Positions 25,208 through 34,050 of a stretch of 63,218 nucleotides of DNA are shown here, piece by piece. The first letter of the stretch is position 1. Each line of letters opens with the position of its first letter. The stretch is taken from NCBI GenBank assembly GCA_009694725.1, contig SICV01000001.1, positions 1 through 63,218 of the forward strand, read 5' to 3'. Made by a program: the position numbers and the translations under genes. The notes beneath the pieces were generated by a model. It had not been told where the DNA came from. It ran no database searches and saw nothing but the letters and a program-made list of their open reading frames with translations. The DNA is from Candidatus Pacearchaeota archaeon (lineage in GTDB: Archaea > Nanobdellota > Nanobdellia > Pacearchaeales > GW2011-AR1).

Positions 25208-25882
25208 ATGGAAGAAAACCATATGGTGAGTGTTTCTAAGGAGTCCCTTTGGAAATATACTTCTATTCTTTTAGGTGCAGTTGTGCTGGTAGGCATTCTT
25301 TATTTTATGGCTGGAGGAAGTGTCACAGGAAATATCATTTCGGGCAGTGCCCTTGGTGATTTTAATTCCGATGATTTAATGGATGATGACGCGGTGAAGG
25401 GTGATTCTGATGCGCCGGTAACGATTGTTGAATTTTCTGACTTCCAATGCCCATTTTGCGGTAAGTGGTTTTTACAAACGTACCCTCAGATAGAAAAAGA
25501 GTATATTGATACAGGTAAAGTAAAGATGGTCTTCCGAGATTTTCCCTTGAATTTTCATCAATACGCGCAAGTAGCAGGTGAAGCTGCTGAATGTGTCCGC
25601 GACCAGGGAGGAGATGATGCATACTGGGAATTCCACGATATTTTGTTTACCAAGCAAGCTCAATTAAGCGATACAAATGTTAAGGCATGGGCTAAGGCTG
25701 CAGGCTATGATGTTACCGAGTGCCTTGCTGATGGTACGTTCAGACAAGAAGTACTCGATGATATGGCTGATGGGCAAGCTGCGGGTGTGAGTGGCACTCC
25801 AGGATTCTTGATTAATGGTAAACTTATCTCTGGAGCTCAACCGTTCTCAGTCTTTAAACAAGCGATTGATGCTGCGTTGTAA
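25208..25882 (+). CDS. Membrane-anchored DsbA-family thiol:disulfide oxidoreductase
   Basis: N-terminal TM, then a thioredoxin fold with FSDFQCPFCGKW (CxxC) and a C-terminal GTPGFLINGK cis-Pro loop. Confidence 0.7.
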   Translation: MEENHMVSVSKESLWKYTSILLGAVVLVGILYFMAGGSVTGNIISGSALGDFNSDDLMDDDAVKGDSDAPVTIVEFSDFQCPFCGKWFLQTYPQIEKEYIDTGKVKMVFRDFPLNFHQYAQVAGEAAECVRDQGGDDAYWEFHDILFTKQAQLSDTNVKAWAKAAGYDVTECLADGTFRQEVLDDMADGQAAGVSGTPGFLINGKLISGAQPFSVFKQAIDAAL

Positions 25883-25929
25883 TTTTTTTGTTCCATAACC
25901 TTTTTTAACATCTCTTTGTAACCTTGCCT

Positions 25930-26613
25930 ATGAGTTTTCACCATTTTCTGAAAGAGCTACGCGGAAAGCGTATTGAAGGGGAGTTGTTGCACACAATGGG
26001 CCTTTCCATTTTAATCTCAGTATGTACGTTAAGCATTTTGTATGTTCTTCGTCTTCGAGACATTTCACATTTTATAGATGCGTATGGTTTATTTCTTGGC
26101 TTGAGTTGTGTGAGTTATGCCCTGATCTTATCCTTGTTGCGTCAAGTACGTGCCTATCCCGCTCTGCCCTGTATGAGTGGGATGATGGTGGGTATGGGAA
26201 CGGGTATGCTTGCTGGTTTCTTACCTGGATTTTATGTTGCAGGAACGAATGGCATGTTTGTGGGCAGTGTGTTTGGGTGCGCGGTGGGAATGATACTGGG
26301 CGTGTGGAGTGGAAAATGCTGTGGCGTTATGGGTGTGCTTGAAGGATTGATGGCAGGCTTTATGGGTGGATTGATGGGGGGAATGACTGCATTTATGTTA
26401 TTCAACGATCATCTTGCGCTCGCAGGGATACTTGTCCTTTTTGTGTGGCTGGTGATTGGTGTTGGATTGAAATATATGGTGTATCTTGAAACAAAGGATG
26501 CAGAACGCGCGCATCATGAAGATCATCTGCTCACGATTGTGCTGACGTTTGTCCTTGTAACGGTTACTACCTGGGTAATGGTGTATGGTCCCCGCTCTGC
26601 AGTCTTTGGGTAA
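25930..26613 (+). CDS. Polytopic membrane protein, extremely Gly/Met-rich (possible Cu(I)-handling)
   Basis: First ATG at 25930. Stretches such as CMSGMMVGMGTGMLAGF, GKCCGVMGVLEGLMAGFMGGLMGGM. No family recognised. Confidence 0.5.
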   Translation: MSFHHFLKELRGKRIEGELLHTMGLSILISVCTLSILYVLRLRDISHFIDAYGLFLGLSCVSYALILSLLRQVRAYPALPCMSGMMVGMGTGMLAGFLPGFYVAGTNGMFVGSVFGCAVGMILGVWSGKCCGVMGVLEGLMAGFMGGLMGGMTAFMLFNDHLALAGILVLFVWLVIGVGLKYMVYLETKDAERAHHEDHLLTIVLTFVLVTVTTWVMVYGPRSAVFG

Positions 26614-26651
26614 TCCATAACACTTAAAAAGTGAGCAGGAGTTGAAACGAT

Positions 26652-27029
26652 ATGGAATTCAGGAAAACAACGTTATTTATTTTGGGTATTATTATCTTAG
26701 GGGTGCTTGGTTTCTTTTTCTTTGGTTCATCCCCTTCTTCGAATGGAAATGTGGTAGTTGGTAATGAAGATGCCCAACAAGTAACGTTGGGTTTCAAAGA
26801 TGGCAATTATTATCCTCAGACCATTACCGTGCAAGCGGGCACACCTGTTGAACTCACGATAGATGGTAGCGTTACAGGTTGTTTTCGCTCATTTAATGTA
26901 AAAGCTTTGAACATACAAGAATATTCAAAGGACCCTTCAGAGCCTGTTCGATTTACCCCTACTAAACCTGGCACCTATCGATTCGTCTGTGGTATGGGTA
27001 TGGGCTCTGGCATTCTCCTTGTGAAATAA
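26652..27029 (+). CDS. Cupredoxin-like domain protein with Cys/Met-only candidate ligand set
   Basis: TM/signal, then a beta domain (YYPQTITVQAGTPVELT ... PGTYRFVCGMGMGSG) like cupredoxin_1/EfeO-type domains. It lacks both His ligands (TGC replaces the upstream His; CGMGM replaces C..H..M). Confidence 0.6.
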   Translation: MEFRKTTLFILGIIILGVLGFFFFGSSPSSNGNVVVGNEDAQQVTLGFKDGNYYPQTITVQAGTPVELTIDGSVTGCFRSFNVKALNIQEYSKDPSEPVRFTPTKPGTYRFVCGMGMGSGILLVK

Positions 27030-27701
27030 ATGGGTTATCTTCATCATAAAGAACGTGCATCTCTTCGCATTCATTGTACCCTGTGTAACCGAGATTTTCA
27101 AGATGCCGGAGGATTAGCGATGCATACTGCTGCGAAACATGGGTCCTCAAAACAAACTGAAGAAACTAAAACCCCTCATTTCAAAACGATTCGTAATTGG
27201 GGAATAGGTCTTGGGGCCCTTTTACTTCTCGGCTGGCTTTTTGCCTCACTGATCCCCAATTATACCGTTCCTGACTTAAACGTCGCCCTTGATGAGCTCG
27301 ATGTTAGTTCTATACCTCCTGGTGCTGTGCATTGGCATCCTCGTCTCACAATTATAATTAATGATACATCAGTGCCTCTGCTTGAAAATTTAGGACATAC
27401 ACAAGGGAAAAAAATTGACACCTACTTGAGCGGAATGGGAATGGCCCCTTTGCATACACATACAGAAAAAGATGGCACCATTCATCTTGAAAATAATAAT
27501 CCACGTTCGAGGCCTGAAACTGTAACGTTGGGATACTTCTTTTATGTGTGGGATGTGCCCTTTAATGCCACCTGCATCTTTGAGTATTGTACGGATAAAG
27601 GGAATTTGACCTTGGCGGTAAATGATAAAGAGAATCTATTATTTCAGAATTATGTCATGAATGATAAGGATACTATCACTATTCGATATACTCCATTTTA
27701 G
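27030..27701 (+). CDS. Membrane protein: N-terminal classical C2H2 zinc finger, one TM, extracytoplasmic His-rich domain
   Basis: CTLCNRDFQDAGGLAMHTAAKH fits C-x2-C-x3-F-x5-L-x2-H-x4-H exactly. TM is WGIGLGALLLLGWLFASLI. The ectodomain carries HWHPRL and LHTHTEKDGTIHLE. The start directly abuts the cupredoxin stop (TAAATG). Confidence 0.55.
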   Translation: MGYLHHKERASLRIHCTLCNRDFQDAGGLAMHTAAKHGSSKQTEETKTPHFKTIRNWGIGLGALLLLGWLFASLIPNYTVPDLNVALDELDVSSIPPGAVHWHPRLTIIINDTSVPLLENLGHTQGKKIDTYLSGMGMAPLHTHTEKDGTIHLENNNPRSRPETVTLGYFFYVWDVPFNATCIFEYCTDKGNLTLAVNDKENLLFQNYVMNDKDTITIRYTPF

Positions 27702-27717
27702 AGATTCAAACACAATG

Positions 27718-27726
27718 TTTAAATAG
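27718..27726 (+). promoter_or_regulatory. TATA-box-like element TTTAAATAG, 21 nt upstream of the arsR-family ATG
   Basis: Same 9-mer as at 10227 and 15551. Confidence 0.45.
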
Positions 27727-27753
27727 TCATATGATAATTATAATCATATGACT
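27725..27753. promoter_or_regulatory. 11-bp perfect inverted repeat (agtcatatgat N7 atcatatgact) spanning the arsR-family start codon; candidate operator
   Basis: Read directly from the sequence. It overlaps the TATA element on the left and the ATG (27748) on the right. Confidence 0.5.
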
Positions 27754-28095
27754 TCTAAACACATACATCATCATGAGAGATACACTCAGGAAGAACTTGC
27801 ACAGGCATGTAGTTTATTTTTTGGGACGTTAGTATCTGAACAACGACTGGCAATTATCGCTCTTTTGCGTATAAAGGAGAGAAATGTCAGTGAATTAATG
27901 TCTGTACTTAAGACTGAACAAACCGCCTTATCCCATGACCTTGCTCGTTTGCGTCGTTGTGGGTTTGTGACTGTAACGAAAGAGGGAAAATACCGCGTAT
28001 ATCATCTTGCTGAAGATATTCGGGCACTGATGCATCTGATTGATACCCATATGAGGCAGCATTGTGTGCATATTGTGAGAGGAGAGAGAAAATGA
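27748..28095 (+). CDS. ArsR/SmtB-family metalloregulator
   Basis: Winged-HTH pattern RLAIIALLRIKERNVSELMSVLKTEQTALSHDLARLRRCGFV..T.EGKYRVY. ATGA overlap with the downstream multicopper oxidase. Confidence 0.8.
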   Translation: MTSKHIHHHERYTQEELAQACSLFFGTLVSEQRLAIIALLRIKERNVSELMSVLKTEQTALSHDLARLRRCGFVTVTKEGKYRVYHLAEDIRALMHLIDTHMRQHCVHIVRGERK

Positions 28096-29621
28096 AACAG
28101 GCGTATATCTTCTTCCTTGCAGCGAGTATGTTTCTTATTGCAGGGATCAGCATTTTTGTAACCTTTTCTTCTCCTGGACACCTAGATTCTGCTGTGGGTC
28201 AAACGCTTCTAGTTACCCCTCCATCACTAAACCTATCTCGTGTTTCCGAATCTGCAACGCTTACTTCTGAACCCTATGCTTTAACAATTCTCCCGGTGAC
28301 TCAACACATTGGAAATCGTTCTCTTCCTTCCTGGGGATATAATGGTCAAATACCCGGGCCACTTCTCACCGTATGGAAAGGTTCGAATCATACAATTGTC
28401 GTTACAAATACGATGCCCTACGAAACAACCGTGCATTGGCATGGGCTTCGGTTAGAAAATCAATTTGATGGAGTTCCAGATGTAACGCAAAAACCGATTG
28501 GCCCGAATGAAACGTTTACCTATCAGCTTACCTTTCCTGATGCCGGTATCTTCTGGTATCATCCCCATATACGAGAAGACTATCAGCAAGAAGCAGGACT
28601 CTATGGGATGATTCATGTTATTGATGAAACTTCTCCACATTATTACCCGGTTGTACTTGATGATATTGCACTCGATGCGAACGGGACTGTTCCGTTTTAT
28701 GAAGAAGTTATCACCCATGCAGTGATGGGGCGTTATGGGAATCAGTATGTGATTAATGGGCGAGAAGCGTATATATTGAACGTGACTGATTCGAAGCCGA
28801 TATATCTTGCTTTTCTCAACGTGGCAAATGTGCGACCCTTTCGTATTACAATTCCTGGGGCGAAGATGACCCACATTGAAGGAGATCTAGGATCCTTGGA
28901 ACATGAACAAGTCATTGATTCATTTGTTCTTGCGCCTGCTGAACGAGTTGTTGTGCGTGTAGAGTTTCCTGCTGCAGGCACGTATACTTTGTATAATGAT
29001 AACCCTCTGAAGCAGACAGCACTGGGGACATTGGTTGTTACGAACCCCACACAACTCTCACCCAACGAGGAACGTACAACTTCTGGACTCTCGGCACTTG
29101 TTCAACCCTATCGTTCAAGCCCTCCAAATCATACACTCAACTTAGGATTAGACCTTCCGAATATGGGGCATATGGGGGCGATGCATGTAGAAGATCGTAT
29201 TGAATGGGAAGATACGATGCCGATGATGGCAAGTATTACGAATGAAAGTGTGCGTTGGACAATTACTGATGCTGTAACTAAGAAACAGAATATGGCTCTC
29301 CAGTATCTCTGGCCCTTAGGAAGTTATCAGAAAATAAGACTCGTTAACAGTTTAGAAAGTCCTCACCCTATGCAACACCCTATTCATTTCCATGGACAAC
29401 GATTTTTAGTGTTATCTACGAATGGTATTCCTACCAATAGCCTTGGCTGGAAAGATACAGTGCTGGTTGGTATGGGCGATACCGTTGATATCCTCTTAGA
29501 AGTGAGTAATCCTGGAGAATGGATGATTCATTGTCATATTGCTGAACACTTACAAAGTGGAATGATGAGCTCGTTTATTGCAGGCGATATCCCTGCAGGA
29601 AAAAATACCCATGCGAATTAA
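28092..29621 (+). CDS. Multicopper oxidase (laccase/CueO-like, 3-domain)
   Basis: All four Cu motifs are present: HWHG, WYHPH, HPIHFHG and HCHIAEHLQSGMM. The start at MKQAYIFF supplies a signal/TM (the track start at 28062 lies inside arsR). Confidence 0.85.
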   Translation: MKQAYIFFLAASMFLIAGISIFVTFSSPGHLDSAVGQTLLVTPPSLNLSRVSESATLTSEPYALTILPVTQHIGNRSLPSWGYNGQIPGPLLTVWKGSNHTIVVTNTMPYETTVHWHGLRLENQFDGVPDVTQKPIGPNETFTYQLTFPDAGIFWYHPHIREDYQQEAGLYGMIHVIDETSPHYYPVVLDDIALDANGTVPFYEEVITHAVMGRYGNQYVINGREAYILNVTDSKPIYLAFLNVANVRPFRITIPGAKMTHIEGDLGSLEHEQVIDSFVLAPAERVVVRVEFPAAGTYTLYNDNPLKQTALGTLVVTNPTQLSPNEERTTSGLSALVQPYRSSPPNHTLNLGLDLPNMGHMGAMHVEDRIEWEDTMPMMASITNESVRWTITDAVTKKQNMALQYLWPLGSYQKIRLVNSLESPHPMQHPIHFHGQRFLVLSTNGIPTNSLGWKDTVLVGMGDTVDILLEVSNPGEWMIHCHIAEHLQSGMMSSFIAGDIPAGKNTHAN

Positions 29622-29639
29622 ATTACAAAGGAGATTTTC

Positions 29640-29852
29640 ATGAAAATAATAAAAGTGACTATCAAAGGAATGCATTGTGCCTCGTGTGGGAGTAATGTTG
29701 AGAAAGCTGTATCGAAACTAAAAGGGGTGCGCTCGGTGAAAGTAAGCGTGCTTCTCAATAAAGCAACTATTGAAGCTGAAGATACCGTTACTCATGCACA
29801 GATTGCAGGGGCTGTTGCTTCTGCAGGATATACAATCGCGGAGGGGACATAA
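29640..29852 (+). CDS. copZ: Copper chaperone CopZ (heavy-metal-associated domain)
   Basis: [14 protein letters not shown] (MxCxxC). 70 aa, ferredoxin-like HMA pattern. Confidence 0.85.
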   Translation: MKIIKVTIKGMHCASCGSNVEKAVSKLKGVRSVKVSVLLNKATIEAEDTVTHAQIAGAVASAGYTIAEGT

Positions 29853-31834
29853 TGAAACACGATCACCTCACACCTCCTGAGGAGCGCGAACAAGTCGAAG
29901 ATCTCGAACTGAAGAGTTGGAAACGTAAACTCATATTTGCCTGGGTATTCACGCTTCCCATTGCTCTCTTGATGATAGAAGAACGTATCTTGGGGTATGA
30001 TATGTTCATGGACGCATTTGAACTTGCGCGTGGAATGGAGATCGCGATTTTAGTGCTCGCGTTTCCTGTTCTTTTTTATGTAGGGTGGGACACCATGCGT
30101 GGAGGATTACGAGGCTTGTTTACTGGTTATTTCTCGATGGATAGTTTGATTGCATTGGGTACTCTTGTGGCATACCTTACAGGTATTGGTGCACTCTTTT
30201 TCGCCTCCTTGACTGATTATGCAGGTATTTCTGCCATGATTATGGCTATATTCATTACGGGGAAATATGTTGAAGCGCGGGCTAAAGGAACTGCAACACA
30301 AGAAATTCGGAAACTGCTTGCATTAGGAGCTAAAGAGGCACGCGTCCTTCGCCAAGGAAAAGAGTACCTTGTTCCTCTTGCGGAGATTACAGTCGGAGAC
30401 ACGCTTCTTGTTAAACCGGGTGAAAAAATCCCGCTTGATGGGATGGTGATAAAAGGAGAAAGTAGCGTTGATGAAAGTATGGTCACCGGAGAAAGCATGC
30501 CTCGAGAAAAACGTAAAGGTGATTTAGTTATTGGAGCAACGATTAATCAAGACGGTGTACTGTACCTCCGCGTTACGAAAATTGGAGAAGATACCTTCTT
30601 AGCACATATTGTGCAACTGGTTGAAGAAACGCAAAGCAGTAAAATTCCGATTCAGGCACTTGCAGATAAAATAACGAGTATTTTTGTGCCCGTTATTCTT
30701 ATTGTTTCTCTGCTTACCTTTGGAGGATGGTGGTATTTTGGTGAAGACGTTGGGCGTGCTCTTGGCAATGCTATTGCCGTCTTGGTTATTGCATGTCCCT
30801 GTTCCCTTGGTTTGGCAGTTCCCATTGCTCTTATGGTGGGATCAGGTATGGGTGCTCGAAAAGGAATTTTGATTCGCAGAGGAGAAGCAATACAAACGAT
30901 GAAAGAAATTACCATCGTTGCATTTGATAAAACGGGAACGCTGACAACGGGAAAACCGGTTGTTACTGATATCCAGAGTACGGGCAGTGAACACCTTCTA
31001 TTGCAGATTGCTGCTTCACTTGAATCATTGAGTGAACATCCCCTCGCACATGCAGTCCTTGCAAAAGCTCATGCGCAGAAACTTACATTACTTTCTGTTA
31101 AAAACTTTAAAGCGATTCGAGGAAAGGGCATAATCGGTTCTGTTAAGGGAGTACCTGCACTTATTGGAACAAAGCGACTTTGTATTGAACGGGGCATTTC
31201 GTTAGGTACCTGGGAATCACCCATCAATACTCTTGAATCAACAGGTAAAACAGTACTTATTGTTGTACAACGAAAAAAAGTTATGGGCATTATTGCAGTT
31301 GCAGATACGGTACGGGGAGATACACGCCAGGCACTTGCAGACCTTCAAGCAGTAGGATATCGTACCGTGATGATTACGGGAGACAATATACGAACAGGAG
31401 AAGCGATTGCTCGATACGCAGGTATTACTGAAGTTATTGCTGAAGTACTCCCTGAAGATAAAGCGAGACACATCAAAAAACTACAGGAAAAAGGAATGGT
31501 TGCCTTTGTAGGGGATGGGATCAACGATGCTCCTGCGATGAAACAAGCGAATGTGAGTATTGCCATGGGGACAGGTACGGATATTGCGATAGAATCAGGA
31601 GATATCGTCTTAGTGCAAGGAAACATGCAGGGAGTTGTACAGGCGATCGCCTTAAGTAAAGCAACATTCCGTAAAATTAAGCAAAACTTGTTCTGGGCAT
31701 TTGCGTATAATGTCGTTGCTATTCCTCTTGCCATTGCAGGAGTTCTGCACCCTGTTGTTGCTGAGATTGCAATGGCTTTATCTTCGATTACTGTTGTGGT
31801 GAATGCAAATCTACTACGACATACAAAAATCTAG
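29852..31834 (+). CDS. copA: Copper-translocating P1B-type ATPase lacking a fused N-terminal HMA domain
   Basis: CPC motif (IACPCSLG), [19 protein letters not shown] and MALSS motifs. Starts 1 nt inside the copZ stop (TAATG). Confidence 0.9.
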   Translation: MKHDHLTPPEEREQVEDLELKSWKRKLIFAWVFTLPIALLMIEERILGYDMFMDAFELARGMEIAILVLAFPVLFYVGWDTMRGGLRGLFTGYFSMDSLIALGTLVAYLTGIGALFFASLTDYAGISAMIMAIFITGKYVEARAKGTATQEIRKLLALGAKEARVLRQGKEYLVPLAEITVGDTLLVKPGEKIPLDGMVIKGESSVDESMVTGESMPREKRKGDLVIGATINQDGVLYLRVTKIGEDTFLAHIVQLVEETQSSKIPIQALADKITSIFVPVILIVSLLTFGGWWYFGEDVGRALGNAIAVLVIACPCSLGLAVPIALMVGSGMGARKGILIRRGEAIQTMKEITIVAFDKTGTLTTGKPVVTDIQSTGSEHLLLQIAASLESLSEHPLAHAVLAKAHAQKLTLLSVKNFKAIRGKGIIGSVKGVPALIGTKRLCIERGISLGTWESPINTLESTGKTVLIVVQRKKVMGIIAVADTVRGDTRQALADLQAVGYRTVMITGDNIRTGEAIARYAGITEVIAEVLPEDKARHIKKLQEKGMVAFVGDGINDAPAMKQANVSIAMGTGTDIAIESGDIVLVQGNMQGVVQAIALSKATFRKIKQNLFWAFAYNVVAIPLAIAGVLHPVVAEIAMALSSITVVVNANLLRHTKI

Positions 31835-31837
31835 AGG

Positions 31838-32344
31838 TTATCTTCCTTTGAGTTTACCAGATACTGCTAACGATTCAGCCATTGTTTCTCGCATTCTTCC
31901 AAGCTCAAGACCATAGACGCTAAAATGAGTTTGATCCCTAAAGAGTCCAGTTTGAATTGCACCGATCCTCCATAATGCTCGAATACCTCGATCTTCTAAG
32001 AGTCCACGCTCTCTTCCAACACGTAATCGATAGTGCTCGGGTGCATTGGCCGGTTCCCAATTGAGATCTCCCCAACAATGCGTGAGTGTTTGTAGAAATT
32101 CCCAATTGGTAACGGGAGGTTGTTGTACTGCAAAAGCAGTCTCTTCAGGAAGATCAAGTGTCTGCGCAAGATACCCTAATGATTTTCGAGCGTCTTGAAA
32201 ATAGTTTTGATCTGTTTTTTGGGGGCTCTCTCGGAGAGGGGCAAATCCAGCATAGATTATTTTGAGAGCATCAGCACTTGCAGTATAGAGGCGTGCAGAA
32301 GGCAAAAAACCAAGTTCTCTCAGTTCAGAACGAAGAGTAATCAT
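31838..32344 (-). CDS. Hypothetical soluble protein
   Basis: ORF (168 aa) with its own TATA-like catttaaaagag about 24 nt upstream. No family recognised. Confidence 0.45.
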   Translation of the reverse strand: MITLRSELRELGFLPSARLYTASADALKIIYAGFAPLRESPQKTDQNYFQDARKSLGYLAQTLDLPEETAFAVQQPPVTNWEFLQTLTHCWGDLNWEPANAPEHYRLRVGRERGLLEDRGIRALWRIGAIQTGLFRDQTHFSVYGLELGRMRETMAESLAVSGKLKGR

Positions 32345-32455
32345 ATACTTATTTGCTTTTTCTCTTTTAAATGGATTGTGGGAGTGAATAAAGCGGTGTT
32401 TCGTTACTACTTTTAGTTAAGAGTTATTCATATCTCGAAGGCAAGGTTAGGGCTC

Positions 32456-33688
32456 TCATTCATATCTGAGTGCATCGACTGTATTCAAGCGGCTTGCACG
32501 ATAGGCAGGGAGAGCTCCGGCGAGGGCACCGATGAGAATGGCGAATCCTGCACAGTTCAAGAAGAGATAGAGAGGGAATGCTGCTTGGACTAAGGAGATA
32601 GCCAAGATGTTTGCTGCAACATATTCGATTGTATAGGCAAGTGAAGCACCCATAAGAATGCCTGCACTACCTCCTATTAATCCTAATATGCCTGCTTCGA
32701 TAATAAAGAGGCTTAGAATTTCACTATTTTGGGCGCCGAGGGCTTTCATCGTGCCAATTTCTTTAGTGCGTTCGAGTACCGAGGTGTACATAGTGTTGGC
32801 AATCCCGATTGCTCCGACGAGTACGGAAATGGTTGCAATGGCGACGAGAAATACCGTTAATACGCCCAACACATCCCCAAACGTGCCGAGGAGTTCTTCA
32901 GGAGTAAGGATTGAAAAGTCTTGTGTTTTTTCAGTTACATCACGCGAAGAACGAAGTCTCCGTTCAACGCGCTCTGCGACTTCTTTGATGGTTGCCAGGT
33001 CTTCTACTTGGACAATAAACTCATCGTAGGTTCCATCGTCTCCAAAAAGAAATTTAAATTCATCGAGCGGCATGAGGATAATCCGATCGTCTTGTGGGTT
33101 CCCTTGCGTTTCAGTAATCCCTCGCACTTTAAACTCCTGATTATTGATAGTAAATGTATCGCCTAGTTTGACTGGTTTACTGAAGACAGCATTATGTTTA
33201 TATTGCGCCCCGATAACGATATCGGTAGTGTCTCCTTCTTTGAGTTCTCGTCCTTCTTCCGTTTTGAATGCACCGTTTTCACTAAATATCTGTGCACGTT
33301 CTTTTTCGAGTGGGAAACCAATGACGGGGAAAAAACGTACTTCTTTATTAAACTCTATTTTTGCGTTTGTTGCTTTGAAAAAGGACAGTCCCTTGACACC
33401 TGAGACTTTTTCTATCGTTTGAATGTCTACATCGGTCAATGATGCCGCTGAGTCGGTGCCTGGACCAGCCACTTGTCCTTTCGGGAAGATGAAGAATTTG
33501 TCAGTGCCTAATTTACGAAATTGTTCTTCAACACCTGCTTGTAAGCCTAACGAGATCGATACGAGCACGAAGATCGTTGCAACTGCAAGCGTGATGCCAA
33601 CAACCGTCAGCGCTGAACGTACTTTGCGTTTCCAGAGATTCCGTGCTGCAAGGGAGATGAATTGAGATTTCATAGATATTTTCTCCAT
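32456..33688 (-). CDS. ABC transporter permease, MacB/FtsX type (paralog B)
   Basis: N-terminal ARNLWKRKVRSALTVVGI, a large extracytoplasmic domain, and the C-terminal FtsX domain NTMYTSVLERTKEIGTMKALGA. Confidence 0.8.
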   Translation of the reverse strand: MEKISMKSQFISLAARNLWKRKVRSALTVVGITLAVATIFVLVSISLGLQAGVEEQFRKLGTDKFFIFPKGQVAGPGTDSAASLTDVDIQTIEKVSGVKGLSFFKATNAKIEFNKEVRFFPVIGFPLEKERAQIFSENGAFKTEEGRELKEGDTTDIVIGAQYKHNAVFSKPVKLGDTFTINNQEFKVRGITETQGNPQDDRIILMPLDEFKFLFGDDGTYDEFIVQVEDLATIKEVAERVERRLRSSRDVTEKTQDFSILTPEELLGTFGDVLGVLTVFLVAIATISVLVGAIGIANTMYTSVLERTKEIGTMKALGAQNSEILSLFIIEAGILGLIGGSAGILMGASLAYTIEYVAANILAISLVQAAFPLYLFLNCAGFAILIGALAGALPAYRASRLNTVDALRYE

Positions 33689-34050
33689 ATTTTAGGCACA
33701 TCTCGGCGAAGATTACGAACGTCGTACCAGAGTATTCCCGTTATCCAATCGGAGAGAGAGGGATCTTGAGGTGCGAGCGCGATTGCACTAAGCTCTCGCA
33801 GTCCTGCCCATCCTTTTGCAAGAGGATTGTGATTTACGACTGCGCTTGTCCAAGAACAAGAAACAAGTCCACAGATACGCACTTTATTTCTGGTCACTGC
33901 ATAGCGTGTCGCTTTTCGTTCGAACTGATGCAACGCATCACAATGGGCTTTTTCATGTTCATACAAAGCAGTACTATGATGTTCCTGAAGATAGGTAAGG
34001 AACTCTATTTCCTCATTGAATCTTCTTGTTCCTGTGATCCAGTTAATCAT
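33670..34050 (-). CDS. Hypothetical soluble protein embedded between the two permease genes
   Basis: ATGA overlap with the upstream permease stop and a 19-nt overlap with the downstream permease start. 126 aa, no TM, no family recognised. Confidence 0.5.
   Translation of the reverse strand: MINWITGTRRFNEEIEFLTYLQEHHSTALYEHEKAHCDALHQFERKATRYAVTRNKVRICGLVSCSWTSAVVNHNPLAKGWAGLRELSAIALAPQDPSLSDWITGILWYDVRNLRRDVPKIWRKYL

Noticed and set aside
28452-28874. 140-aa ORF antisense to the multicopper oxidase (and 28742-29065)
   Set aside because: Shadow frames. All four copper motifs of the MCO frame are intact.
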